The notes below the pieces were generated by a model. That model saw nothing but the letters and a program-made list of their open reading frames with translations, had not been told where the DNA came from and did not search any database. Below, one piece after another: positions 12,537 to 24,939 of a stretch of 64,000 bases of DNA. The position numbers were made by a program, and so were the translations under genes. Position 1 is the stretch's first letter. The number at the start of each line of letters is the position of its first letter. The stretch covers positions 55,304,001 through 55,368,000 of the forward strand of contig OX597831.1 of assembly GCA_951406725.2 (NCBI GenBank), written 5' to 3'. Source of the stretch: Octopus vulgaris (taxonomy: Eukaryota).

Positions 12537-14125
12537 CTAATAAAACAGAAAAAAAATTATTTTTCAAATTATTTCTTTTTAGTGAGAAAAAGTCAACCGA
12601 ATTTACCTTAAAATTCAAAGGGAATTTGAAGGTGCCAATAAGTTTGGATTATAGTGTAGAATGGAAATGTATGGAATGGAAAAAAATTCAGCCAAACTGA
12701 TTCAGATGATTGGGCATGGGTGTCTGGACACTGACGATTTGGCATGGCTTTGACTCTGCTTTGTTGACAGCACATATTCACACTGGAGCAAATACAAACA
12801 CACACACATACAGATAGAGAAGGAGGGAGAGAAAGGGACATTGTTCTCTCTCCTCATATATACAAAGAGAAATAATCTCACAGAGAGCATGGCAGGGTGG
12901 GGGGGTGATACAATCATTCAAACAAGAGAAACATTAAAACACCCGATGTCAAATAAGTCAGTGTCAAATCTACAATGCCAAATAGGCACCACCAAAATGG
13001 CTGTGCCAAAATGTCTCATTCACAGCCAAAAATCCTTTCTCTTTCTCTCTCCCTCTCTCTCTCTTTCCAGCAGGGGAAGGCATGTATTTACCTCTTCAGC
13101 AAGACACCTGTTCCTGACCTTCTATCATACTTTCAGCTCCTTTAATACTATATATATCTCACTCGGTTAAGAGCTGTCATGTCTTGCAAGTACTTGATAA
13201 CCTCACTAGTGCTGGTGCCATGAAAAAAAAATACCTAGTACAATCTGTAAATTGGTAAGCATCAGGAAACCATACCAAAGCAGACACTGGGGTATGATGC
13301 AACCCTCTGTCTTGTTGGTTCCTGTCAAACTGTCCAATCCATACCAGCATGGAAAAAGGGACATTAAATGATGATGATGATGGTGTTGATGATACGTTAT
13401 GCTTACACATCATAATGACAAGTAGAAAACTGCTAGGAAGATAGTGTTTCTGTTAGTTATTAACAATATTGATGAAGTCAATGTCGTCATCTTCTAAATA
13501 ATATTAACCCTTTTGACACCAACCTGCCTGAGAATGCCCTTGGTTCTACAATGCAATACCCTGCATCAAAATTTCATGTTAATTTATGTTCCAAGCACCG
13601 GCTTAATAACAAAATTATTACACTAAACTCTTCATTATTTTAAAAATTAAATGAAACAAAACAAATGTGTATGTCAAGAGAAATATGGTAACAAAAGGAT
13701 AAATATAGTCAATAGCATCATTTTCTTAAAAAACAAAAAAACATTGCTAATGTTGTATATGATGTCAATTAAATTCCTGCAGTTAATTATGAAACCCACT
13801 CCAACCAACCATCCTGTCTTTTTGTTTAAATGGTTGACAAATGCATCCAGCCTATAAAATAGACTAAACATTAGTAACTTTTCTTTGATGAAAACATACT
13901 GCAATACTCTTACTTAGCTGTATGTATACACAAGCTTTACGACCCAAGCATGCAAGATGAGCAACCAGTATGCAAATGAAATTAAACCTATGCTACCAGT
14001 GCACCAGATAAATTACACAATGCATTTGTTGGACATTCATCACAGTAAATGACTTAATAGTATATTGACTAAGCTGTATTTTCATACCTATTTTTTAAAC
14101 GCTTAAACAATATTTAGTAATTTTA

Positions 14126-14403
14126 TATACTTACGGTAAAATTTCCACTTATTTCTTATATTTATTTCCCTAAAATTTTCATTGCGTCTTGCAACCTTTT
14201 CGATAGTCAAGACTATTGAAAAGGTTGCAAGATGCAATGAAAATTTTAGTAAAATAAAAATAAGAAATAAGTGGAAATTTTATCGGTGAGTATGTTAAAT
14301 TATAAAGCACAAAAAGAAAATGACTCTCTCCAGACACAACAGAATATGCTTCAACACACGAACTCATATAAAGAATCTTGCAAACCAAAATCCCAAAACG
14401 AAA
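14126..14403. repeat. Palindrome with about 83-bp arms plus a one-sided extension (Penelope-like pLTR with inverted partial copy)
   Basis: Centre ...gcaaccttttcgatagtc AA gactattgaaaaggttgc... at 14209-14210. The same element occurs as a single copy at 37197-37397. Confidence 0.85.
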
Positions 14404-14642
14404 TATATATACTAAATTATCTTTATATTTTTAGATTTACATGCAAGCAAAACTTCAATGTAAATAGCTATTGCAAAACTTCTACACATGTAGACTGATT
14501 AGAAATTATACATGTAAGTATTGAAATTAAAACAAACAAATATCTACATTATTTCTTTGAAGTCAGCTCTAGATTTTTAGAACAAAAGTAAATGCAGAAA
14601 TATTAATTAGAGTTTAAAAATTAAAAAAAATTTTTAAATTAC

Positions 14643-14791
14643 CTTATCCTATCAGCATTGAGGTCTAGGATTCCTTGAGGAAGATGTGCTTTTACTGCAG
14701 AAAGTGGATAAGAATTACTGAGAGAACAGACATTGTCATAATAGGTTTCAAAATCATAAGCCCCTCTCTGTCTAGCCTGTACACCTTCCAT
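14643..14791 (-). CDS. CEP78: CEP78, first conserved coding exon (exon begins at 14804, ATG at 14791)
   Basis: Acceptor ttcttttaattgcag, Kozak-like accATGg, donor gtaatt. Encodes MEGVQARQRGAYDFETYYDNVCSLSNSYPLSAVKAHLPQGILDLNADRI(R), collinear with recalled human CEP78 [51 protein letters not shown]. Confidence 0.93.
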
Positions 14792-14957
14792 GGTAATCGA
14801 ACACCTGCAATTAAAAGAATAAAAATTATTTAAATAAAAATATTATACAGAATAATAAGTTAAATTATTTATTTTATTTATCAAAGTATAATATGAGTGG
14901 AACATATTCTTAAAAAGAAAAAGGTCATTAGTACAGAATTACAAATAAAAAGATACT

Positions 14958-15602
14958 GGTTTCAAATTTTGGCACAAGGCCTGCAAAGTTCAGGGTATAG
15001 GTTAAGATGATTACATTGACTCCAGTGATCAACTGGTACTTATTTTATCACTCACAAAATGATGAAAGGCAAAGTCAACCTTGGCAAAATTTGAATTCAG
15101 AACTAAGACGGATGAAATGCCACTAATCATTTTGCCCAGCATGCTAACAATTCTTATTTTATTGCCCACAAGGGGCTAAACATAGAGGGACAAACAAGGA
15201 CAGACAAAGGGATTAAGTCGATTACATCGACCCCAGTGCATAACTGGTACTTAATTTATCGACCCCGAAAGGATGAAAGGCAAAGTCAACCTTGGTGGAA
15301 TTTGAACTCAGAACCTAACGGCAGACGAAATACCGCTAAATATTTTGTCCAGCATGCTAACAATTCTGCCAGCTCACCACCCTTAATGGTGTCAAATTTT
15401 GGCACAAGGCCTGCAAGCTTGGGGGAAGGGTCTAAGTCAATCATATTGACTCCAGTACTCAAATGGTATGTAATTCATCAACACTGAAAGGATGACATGC
15501 AAAGTTGACCTCGGTAGTATTTGAACTCAGAACAAAAAGATGGATGAAGTGCTGCTAAGCATTTTACCCAGCATACTAACAATTCTGTCAGTTTACCACC
15601 TT
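14958..15602 (-). mobile_element. Cluster of three family-B SINE copies (one nested)
   Basis: Repeated aggatgaaaggcaaagtcaacct...tttgaactcagaac units. Confidence 0.85.
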
Positions 15603-15925
15603 AGATAGTGTATGAAATTATTAATAGAAACATCAATTTTATCATTATTTTGTCTGAAGAAGTGAGGCCAATATATGAAATACTCTTGGAGTATAAAAGC
15701 TGGGAAATATGTATGGTTTGTGCAGTTAATGTAGAAATTTACAAGTTGGGATTTAGTGAAAATTACAATCTGAGAATGTCCAGAAGTGATCAGTGCAAGA
15801 ACAAATCTAAGACTTGAAAATACGGGAAGCTCTGTTGATGCTGAGGATCAAAGACAATGCTTTGCTCTGGATATAAGAACAGTACAACACCAAAGTAAGG
15901 CATATTATAAAAGTTAACAACAACC

Positions 15926-16308
15926 CTGTGTGGTAAGAAGTTTACTTTCCAACCACAAGGTTCTGGGTTCAGTCCCACTGCATGGAACCTTGGGCAAATG
16001 GCTTCTATTATAGCCTCGGACCAACCAAAGTCTTGTAAATGGATTTGGTTGACAGAAACTGAAAGAAGCTCGTTGTGTGAGTGTGTGGGGTGGGGATCTT
16101 TGTGGGTGTTTGTCCTCCATCACCATTTGACAACCAGTGTTAGTGTATTTACATCCCTGTAACTCAGTGGTTCAGCAAAATAGATTTATAGAATAAGTAC
16201 CAGACTTAGACAAATAAGTCCTAGATCAATTTGTTCAACTAAAACCCTTCAAGGTGGTGCTGAAGCATGGCCACAGTCAAACGACTGAGACGCGTAAATG
16301 ATAAAAGA
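15926..16308 (+). mobile_element. SINE family A
   Basis: Matches the family A head and tail. Confidence 0.85.
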
Positions 16309-16860
16309 TTTGGTATGTCTGAAAATATAAAACTTCCACAAAAGATCAGTGAAGATGATAAATCTTGGAATATACAAGTGTAAGCTTTGAGGTTAATAAC
16401 TGTCTGAGGAAATATGTGGTGTGTAAATTAAGAAGAACCCAGTTTCACTAAACATAATAGCATTTCCTAACAGTTTTTGATGCCAATGATATTGGATAGA
16501 CAACTACATAGGTTTTCTCTAATTGTCATCCACATATAATATACAAGCTTCAACTTGTCATTGATCTGGGTTTTAGTCAACTATGAGAAGTATTTCAACA
16601 GCTCAGTTATTTGCTGAATACAAATGTGATTAACAGCAAAAACATTGGCAATATTTATTTTGATATATATGACTTAAATAGTTCAGTCTAATAACTTCAA
16701 GAAATTTTTTTTTAATTTCTTACAGTATAAAAGAATGTAGATATTAGTTTTGCTTTAAATCAGTGTTCCACAACCACTTTTTACTTTGATTTCTATTTTA
16801 TTCTCCTTGACCCCTATAGTCATTCAATGTTTTAAAAAAATCGATTATATTTTTAATTGT

Positions 16861-17261
16861 TACTAGCAGTATCGCCTGGCGTTGCTCTGGTTTGTAAGGG
16901 AAATAACTATATAAGCATTTTTAGAGAGTTATAGCCAAAAAATAGCAAAAAAATGCATTAAAAATGGGAAAAAAATTATGGTAATTTTTTTTTAAATTGT
17001 TGACTTATTGTAGACATTTTTAGAGAGTTACTTCCCTTATATAATAGCGAAAAAATGCATTAAAATGGAAAAAAATGATGGTAATTTTTTTTTTTAAATC
17101 GTAGCCTCATCGTAGACGCGCGCTAATACCCAGAAGGGCTCGATATGAATCACGACTATAAGATACCCGGTTTTGGTTAAACTGCTCCGCAAAATGTGGG
17201 AGTAGTTAGGAATCTAAATCGTAGGAGACAGACACACAACCTTACTTTTATATATAAAGAT
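16861..17261 (+). mobile_element. Non-autonomous Helitron/Helentron-like (DINE-1/Lep1-type) element
   Basis: Starts tactagcagtatcgcctggcgttgctctgg and ends acagacacacaac...ttttatatataaagat. A near-identical reverse copy lies at 24116-24510. Confidence 0.7.
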
Positions 17262-17331
17262 ATATTATTAGGAATTGTATAAAAAGATTGTGAAAATATT
17301 TTGTGCATTGTAGAATTATAACCAATTTATT

Positions 17332-17697
17332 ACTCTTTTACTTGTTTCAGTTATTTGACTGCGGCCATGCTGGAGCACCACCTTTAGTAGAGCAAATCGA
17401 CTCCAGGACTTATTCTTTGTAAGCCTGGTACTTATTCTATCAGTCTCTTTTGCTGAACTACCAAGTTATGGGGACGTAAACACACTAGCATCGGTTGTCA
17501 AGTGATGTTAGGGAGACAAACACAGACACACACATATATATATATATACACATACATATATACAGTAGGCTTCTTTCAGTTTCCGTCTACCAAATCCACT
17601 CACAAGGCTCTGGTCGGCCCGAGGCTATAGTAGAAGACACTTGCCCAAGGTGCCACACGGTGGGACTGAACCTGGAACCATGTTACCACACAGCCAT
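17332..17697 (-). mobile_element. SINE family A nested in the hAT MITE
   Basis: Reverse complement of the family A consensus. Confidence 0.9.
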
Positions 17698-17825
17698 ATA
17701 AGATTTTGTTGTTAAACTTTATCTGCAATAAATACTTACCACACAGACACTCCTACGCTTAAGTAGGAGTGTCTGTGTGGTAAGTATTTATTGCAGATAA
17801 AGTTTAACAACAAAATCTTATATGG
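17694..17825. repeat. Perfect inverted repeat: 63-bp arms, 6-nt loop
   Basis: 17694-17756 is the exact reverse complement of 17763-17825; the loop is gcttaa. Confidence 0.97.
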
Positions 17826-18619
17826 ACCCCTAAGGGCCTTATGGACCCAGGTTGAGAACCACTGATTTAAATGAATATACAAGTATGCATACATGGATAC
17901 ATTTTTATCTTGCCACTAACACTAAAGTTGTGTAAAATAGTGATTCACAAACTAACAAATACCAGATCAAACAAAAAAACATTTGTTCCCTCTTCACTTA
18001 TTCCTAAAAAAAGAAACAAAATAGAGTTTGCATCCATACAATTTTTCATTGTCATAGTGTTGGACAAGTTTAGAAAGTTTAAAACCACCTTAATTTCATT
18101 AAATATCCCAATGTGTCACACCTACTTCAATCCTTACAGTCCTGTTCTACTCCTATAAGAAGCATTGGTCAATAGAGACCTCACCACTCTGTATCGTTTT
18201 TGTATTAGGAGACACTGCTCTCCCAGGCAGGAAATCAACACCCCAGTTTGTAAAGACCACATCTCCTCCATGTGATAAACTAGAGTAGAACCATTTTCAT
18301 ACATTGATTAGTTTGTTGGGAGTCCTCAACATCCAAGCAAGTGTCATTATATTTCTATGAATGACATGGAGACTGGCTAGAACATATAAATCCATGATGT
18401 AGGGATGGCTTTATCTACCAAGGAGCTTATGAGGCCCTTTAAGTTCAAAAGGAATAAAAGTTTCCTCTTCAATTTAGGTAGGTAGAGAGTCATGGGGAGA
18501 GGGGAGGCATTTAGGTGTCAAAATTGGTGGAGTAGTAGGTACGGACATATTTACAACCTAAAAAACAGTTTATGTATGTGGAAGGTGCACAGGTGCAATA
18601 AACACTGAAAATGTACAGA

Positions 18620-19826
18620 AAATAAACTCCATCAAATGCCAATGGGATGAGCTAGAGGTAGTAGATAGCTTCCATTATTTAGGTGACCAGGTCAGTAGTG
18701 GAGGTGGATGCTTCAAGAACGTAGCTGTGGGAATAAGAATAGGCTGGGCAAACGTTCAGAGAGCTCCTACTTCTGTTGGCAACAAAGGGCCTCTAACACA
18801 GAGTGAAAGGCAGATTGTATGATGCCTGTGTGTGAACAGCTATGGTACCGGGCAGTGAAACATGGGCTGTGACCACCGAGGACATGCATAGGCTTAAAAG
18901 AAATGAAGCTAGCAAGCATCACTGGATGTGCAATGTCAGTGTGCATGTATGACAGAGTGTAAGCGTCTTGAGAGAAAAGTTGGGAATAAGAGGCATCCGA
19001 TGTGGCATGCAAGAGAGACGACTGTACTGGTATGGTCATGTGATGCATACGAATGAGGCCAGCTGTGTAAAGAAGTGCTGATCTCTAACTGTGGAGGGAA
19101 CCTGTGGAAAAGGTAGACCTAAGAAGATATGGGACAAGGTGGTGAAGCATGTTCTTCAAATGCTGGGCTTCAGAGGCAATGACTAGTGACTGAGACCTTT
19201 GGGGATATGCTGTGCTTGAGGAGACCCATCAAACCAAGTGAAATTGTAGTCGTGGATGATGCTGGTGTCATGTAACTGGCACCTGTACTGGTGGCACATA
19301 AAAACCACCTATAAAGCATTGGGCCTCACTATGGCAATGTAGCTGATGTTGAATCACATAAGTAATACCTGTACTAATGGTATATACAAAGTAACTTTTG
19401 AAGATTGGGCCTCATGGAGGCAATGTAGCTGATGCCAGTGTCACATTACTACCACCTGTGCTGGTGTTGTACAACTAGCACCTGTGCCAGTGGCACGTAA
19501 AAAGCACTTTCAAGTGTTGGGCCTGACAGAGGCAATTACAACATGCCATGCTTGAGTAGAAGACCCATCAAACCAAGTGAAATCATTGTCATGGCAGACA
19601 CTGGTGTCACACAACTGGCACCTGTGCCGGTGGCATGTAAAAGCACTCATTACACTCTTGGAGTGGTTGGTGTTAGGAAGGGCAGCCAACCGTAGAAACC
19701 ATGCCAAATCAGACTGGGAGTCTGGTGCGGCCCCTAAGCTTACCAGCTCTGGTCAAACTGTCCAACCCATGCCAGCATGAACAACAGACATTAAATGATG
19801 ATGATGATGACGACGATGATGATGAT
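18620..19826 (+). mobile_element. RTE-clade LINE 3' portion with tandemly reiterated 3' UTR and (GAT)n tail
   Basis: Decayed frames read LEVVDSFHYLGDQVSSGGGC, GSETWAVT, RLYWYGHVM and GRPKKIWD. Repeats of about 100 bp lie at 19250-19660. Confidence 0.85.
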
Positions 19827-20094
19827 TAGTAATTCAATTAAATAAAATTAAATGCAGTATCTTAGAAATGTCAAAACTGACAAAAAAAAAAACCATCTGA
19901 CAAAACAAGATTTGCCTCTAATTTTTCATATCTTGTAGCACAAGGCAAGGCTATATGATCAAGAAACTTGCTTTACAACCACATGGTTTCAGGTTCAGTC
20001 TCACTGCATGGCATATAGGGCATCTTCTACTATAGCCCTGGGCCAACCAATGTCATGTGAGTGAATTTAGCTGATAGAAACTGTGGGAGCACAA

Positions 20095-20147
<53 letters not shown>

Positions 20148-20384
20148 GAAAGAATGGAGTTGAACGACGATTTAACAAAATTCCTTTATTCTCGACATAT
20201 GTTTGCTACCCAGGTATCGGTTAACCGAATTATCCATACTAGAATAATTCATTCAACTACTTAAATATATATATATATATATATATACACACGTTTTATG
20301 TATACATACGTGTATGTATGTGTACATATAAGATGTATACATACGTGTATGTATGTGTACATATAAGATGTATGTTTTCTTTTA

Positions 20385-20772
20385 TTCTTTTACTTGTTTC
20401 AGTCATATGACTGCAGCCATGCTGGAGCACAGCCTTTAGTCGAACAAAGACCCCAGGGCTTATTCTTTGTAAGCCTAGTACTTATTCTATCGGTCTCTAT
20501 TGCTGAACCACTAAATAACGGGGATGTAAACACAGCAACATAGGTTGTCAAGTGATGGGGTGAGGGGACAAACACAGACACAAACATATACATATTTTTA
20601 TATATATATACACACACAACAGGCTTCTTTCAGTTTCTATCTACCAAATCCACTTACAAGGTTTTGGTTGGCCCGAGTCTATAGTAGAAGACACTTGCCC
20701 AAGGTGCCATGCAGTGGGACTGAACCTGAAACCATGTGGTTGGGAAGGAAGCTTCTTACCACACAGGCATGC
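20385..20772 (-). mobile_element. SINE family A
   Basis: Reverse complement of the family A consensus. Confidence 0.88.
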
Positions 20773-21719
20773 CTGATGTACATATTTGTGTATGTGTGTC
20801 CCTGTCCCACCACATGACAACCAGTGTTGGTTTGTCTACTTCCCCATAACTTAGCAGTTTGCCAAAAGAGACCAATAGAATAATAAATGAATACTGGGCT
20901 CAATTTGTCTGTCCCAGCATAGCCGCAGTCTAATGACTGGAACAAATAAAAGATAAATACTAATAAATACTAAATACATATGGCAGAATCCTGAGTAGAA
21001 AGAAAAATCATGGCATAGAATGGATATGGTTGCAATACCCTTTAGGACAGATCTGAGTCTAAACTCCTATAAATATCAAGGATAAATTAATCCAAACACA
21101 TAAGGTACTAAATATATAAATATACTGCTTACTTGCATCTAGAGCTGCCATCAAAATTCAGTAATAGTTCCAAACCTAAGTTGTTACATGCTCTGCACCA
21201 TTGTATGTTCTTCATATAAATACGGTTATTTTTAGTTTTTAATCTGCAAATCATTTTTGCATCAGATGAAATAACAGCAAGCACTTGGCATTAGTCCACA
21301 ACTAAATCTTTTCAAAGACTCAATTTTCAAACAAAAACAGAAAAAAAAGATTTAAACTATTCTCTCAGATAGAATAAAAAGATTTTTTCTTAAATTTATA
21401 TATTTCCCCTTTAAGTTTTTCCATTTAATCAAGCAAAATTGACTAACCTTTCTACAAAGTAAGAGGCAATTTACATTAGTAATCTTTTTCTCCCAATAGT
21501 TCAGACTCTCTCTATATATATATGTATGTATGTATATGATTACTGCCTTCAGAATAGCTTGCAACTCTCAGTTAAGGATTTATATCTTATAGCATTCCAC
21601 TTAATTTTTCTTTCCCAGCAAGTTTCCTGTTTATTAATAAATGTCTTTAAATAGCAACCATTTCATCTACTAGGATGGTCTCCATACTTTTAACCCTTTA
21701 GTATTTAAACTCACTATAT

Positions 21720-21879
21720 GCAGGAGTGGCTGTGTGGTAAGTAGCTTGCTAACCAACCACATGGTTCCGGGTTCAGTCCCACTGCGTGGGCAAGTGTCTT
21801 CTGCTATAGCCCCGGGCCGACCAATGCCTTGTGAGTGGATTTGGTAGACGGAAACTGAAAGAAGCCTGTCGTATATATG

Positions 21880-21910
<31 letters not shown>

Positions 21911-22095
21911 ATGTCTGTGTTTGTCCCCCTAGCATTGCTTGACAACCAATGCTGGTGTGTTTAAGTCGTTCGGCAAAAGAGACCGAAAGAATAAGTACTG
22001 GGCTTACAAAGAATAAGTCCCGGGGTCGATTTGCTCGACTAAAGGCAGTGCTCCAGCATGGCCGCAGTCAAATGACTGAAACAAGTAAAAGAAAG
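21720..22095 (+). mobile_element. SINE family A inserted in a TTAA-flanked MITE (about 21689-22282)
   Basis: Family A match. The flanks ttaaccctttagtatttaaac and ctgaatgctaaagaattaa match the MITE ends. Confidence 0.85.
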
Positions 22096-23201
22096 AAAAA
22101 GAAATACATCCTAAATATTCTATCTGTTTCATGTTCAAACTGGCTAGATCCAGTGTCTCACACCTACCCTACAAGCTCATTCTAAAAACAATCACATCAT
22201 CAAAATCTTGAAACTATGAGATAATGCATGATTAATTCAGAACAATGTGAATAAATAAGCATTCTGAATGCTAAAGAATTAAAGTATATCTGAAATCTAT
22301 TTACTTATAATATATAGTATCTGGTACTTGAAACAATACAGTTGTATTGCAGTTCATAATGATGTATCGTTATTGTATTATAGGCTCAACTACTAGCATT
22401 AAGTCACCTTGGTTACGATAATTTGCCAATATGCCATCAATGTACATCAGAGTCAACAAAGAATAGGCTTAAAGGGATTATTTATGAAGTAAGAGCACTT
22501 TCAGCTCTAGTGTTGTCTAGTTTGTATTCTGGAAGGGGCATTAAGATTCAGATTAACACTGACTTGAATGTCCAGTCTCATTCCTTATTTCTTTACCATT
22601 TAGCCCTAATGGCAAAACAAGTTATGCTATGTGGGAAAGAAGAATGGACAAAACAGACGGATCAATCAAATAAACATTTGAATACACCATCTATTTTCTG
22701 TACTCAATTACTTTAAATAATAACCCTTAGCAACAATCAAGCCAATCTACTGAACTGGGTTTTATTTTTTATTTTCTTCCTGCTGGAAAGATAAAGGGAC
22801 TGTCTTTTCAAATATAATTATCTTTTACTTGTTTCAGTCACTGGAATGCAGCCATGCTGGAGCACTGCCTTGAAGGGTTTTAGACAAACAAATCAATGTC
22901 ATTAATTTTTTTTTAAGTCTGGAACTTATGTTATCAGATTCATTTGTCAAACTGCTAAGTTACAAAGACCAGTATTGGTTATGAAGTATTGGTTATGAAG
23001 CAATGGGGGTGGTATACAACACACACACAGAGGCACACGTATTTGATAACAATTTCGGTTTGACTCAGCTCTATCAGCTTACAGCTTTGTAGGCACATAG
23101 GACATATCTATACCATCTGAGTTGAGTCAAACTGCTATTAAAAATGTATGTAACTCCTACCAGTTATGTTGAATGCTACTTTCTTTCATTTGTTCACTCA
23201 C

Positions 23202-23248
<47 letters not shown>

Positions 23249-23462
23249 TATACATACATATACACACACATGCATTCAGCTGGCAAAAATGAGTAATATT
23301 TGTATTTCAAGCAGCCAGTCTTGTTACGCTGAATCTCCCTGAGAACTACATTAAATGTATGCATGTCTGTGGAGTGCTCAGCCACTTTCATGTTAATTTC
23401 ATGAGCAAGCTGTTCCAATGCTTGGATCAACTGGGACCCACATTGCCGTAAACAAATGTCAG

Positions 23463-23463
<1 letters not shown>

Positions 23464-23527
<64 letters not shown>
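23464..23527. repeat. (TA)n microsatellite
   Basis: Seen directly. Confidence 0.95.
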
Positions 23528-23532
<5 letters not shown>

Positions 23533-24115
23533 CAAGATTTAACTTATTAAACACAGTTCAACAGATTCATTCATATTTATGTAATGGAGGAGATTAGATG
23601 TTAAAATGGATTATTGTTTTTATTTTTCATGTTGCTATACAATTTGTTTCATACAAAAAAAATATTCATAAATAGAAAATCATAATAGTCGTATTTGTAC
23701 TCATCAGTAGCTGATATAAAAACTACATAATGATATAAAAACATTACATAAATATGAATGAATTTCTTGAACTGTGTTTAATAAATTAAATCATATACTG
23801 ATTATTTCTGTACAAGTTTTCATACCTATACGAATTTATATAAGTAAATCCAAAAGTAAAGTACGAAGAAAAGACATTAGAATCTTTTGGAAGAACTCAC
23901 ATTCATCCAATAAAAAATAATATATATATAAAAATTTATATATATGCATGTATGTACATATATATTTATACATATATATATATATATTGTTGCTTATTTT
24001 GATTATAATCACCCCACGGATTTTTATGGATAACACCATGCAAAATTCTGGTGCATCTAAATTAAGTACCATTTTCATTTGAATCTAAATTTTTGCTGAA
24101 CTTATATATATATAT

Positions 24116-24508
24116 ATCTTTATATATAAAACTGTAGTTGTGTGAGTGTCTGTCCCCTTCGATTTAGATTCCTAACTACTCCCACACTTTGTGGTGCAGT
24201 TTAACCAAAACCGGGTATCTTATAGTCGTGATTCATATCGAGCCCTTCTGGGTATTAGCGCTTGTCTACGATGAGTCTACGATTTTAAAAATAATTTACC
24301 ATCATTTTTTTCCATTTACATGCATATTTTTTTAAAGGGAAGTAACTCTCTAAAAATGTCTACGATGAGTCAACGATTTAAAAAAAATTTACCATCATAT
24401 TTTTTCCATTTTTAATGCATTTTTTTGCTATTTTTCGGCTATAACTCTCTAAAAATGCTGTATAGTTATTTCCCTTACAAACCCGAGCAACGCCGGGCGA
24501 TACTGCTA

Positions 24509-24510
<2 letters not shown>
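24116..24510 (-). mobile_element. Helitron/Helentron-like non-autonomous element inserted in (TA)n
   Basis: Reverse complement of 16861-17261. Confidence 0.75.
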
Positions 24511-24547
<37 letters not shown>

Positions 24548-24939
24548 CATATACATACACATACATACACACACAACACACCACACACACATACACACAC
24601 ACACACACACACAGTTTCCATCTATCAGACTCACTCACAAGGTGCTGGTCAGCCCAGGGTGCAAGCATGGTTAAGGTTAAGAAGCTTGCTTCCCAACCAT
24701 GTGGTTTTGTGCTGTTTTACAGCATGGCACCTTGAGTAAATGCTTTCTACTATAGCACTGGGCTGACCTGAACCTTGTGGCTAGATTTGGTAGATAGAAA
24801 CTCGAAGAAGCTGATCATGTCTATGCATGTGCGTATGTGTGTGAGCGTCATTATCTTGACATACCATGATGGTGACTGTAAACAGTCCTTTGTTTCCAAT
24901 CTTCTATACTATACAGTCATTAAGGCTTCACTTTCAGTA

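Larger units (their letters stand above)
16761..17864. mobile_element. hAT-type MITE carrying nested insertions
   Basis: TIRs cagtgttccacaacc / ggttgagaaccactg and 8-bp TSD ctttaaat / atttaaat. A related copy lies at 44765-44940. Confidence 0.75.

Noticed and set aside
19250-19660. Repeat-spacer pattern as a CRISPR array
   Set aside because: Eukaryotic context, degenerate repeats, non-unique spacers and no cas genes.
21133-21160. FDGSSRC as an RNase H active-site motif
   Set aside because: No other RNase H motifs are nearby; a short chance match.
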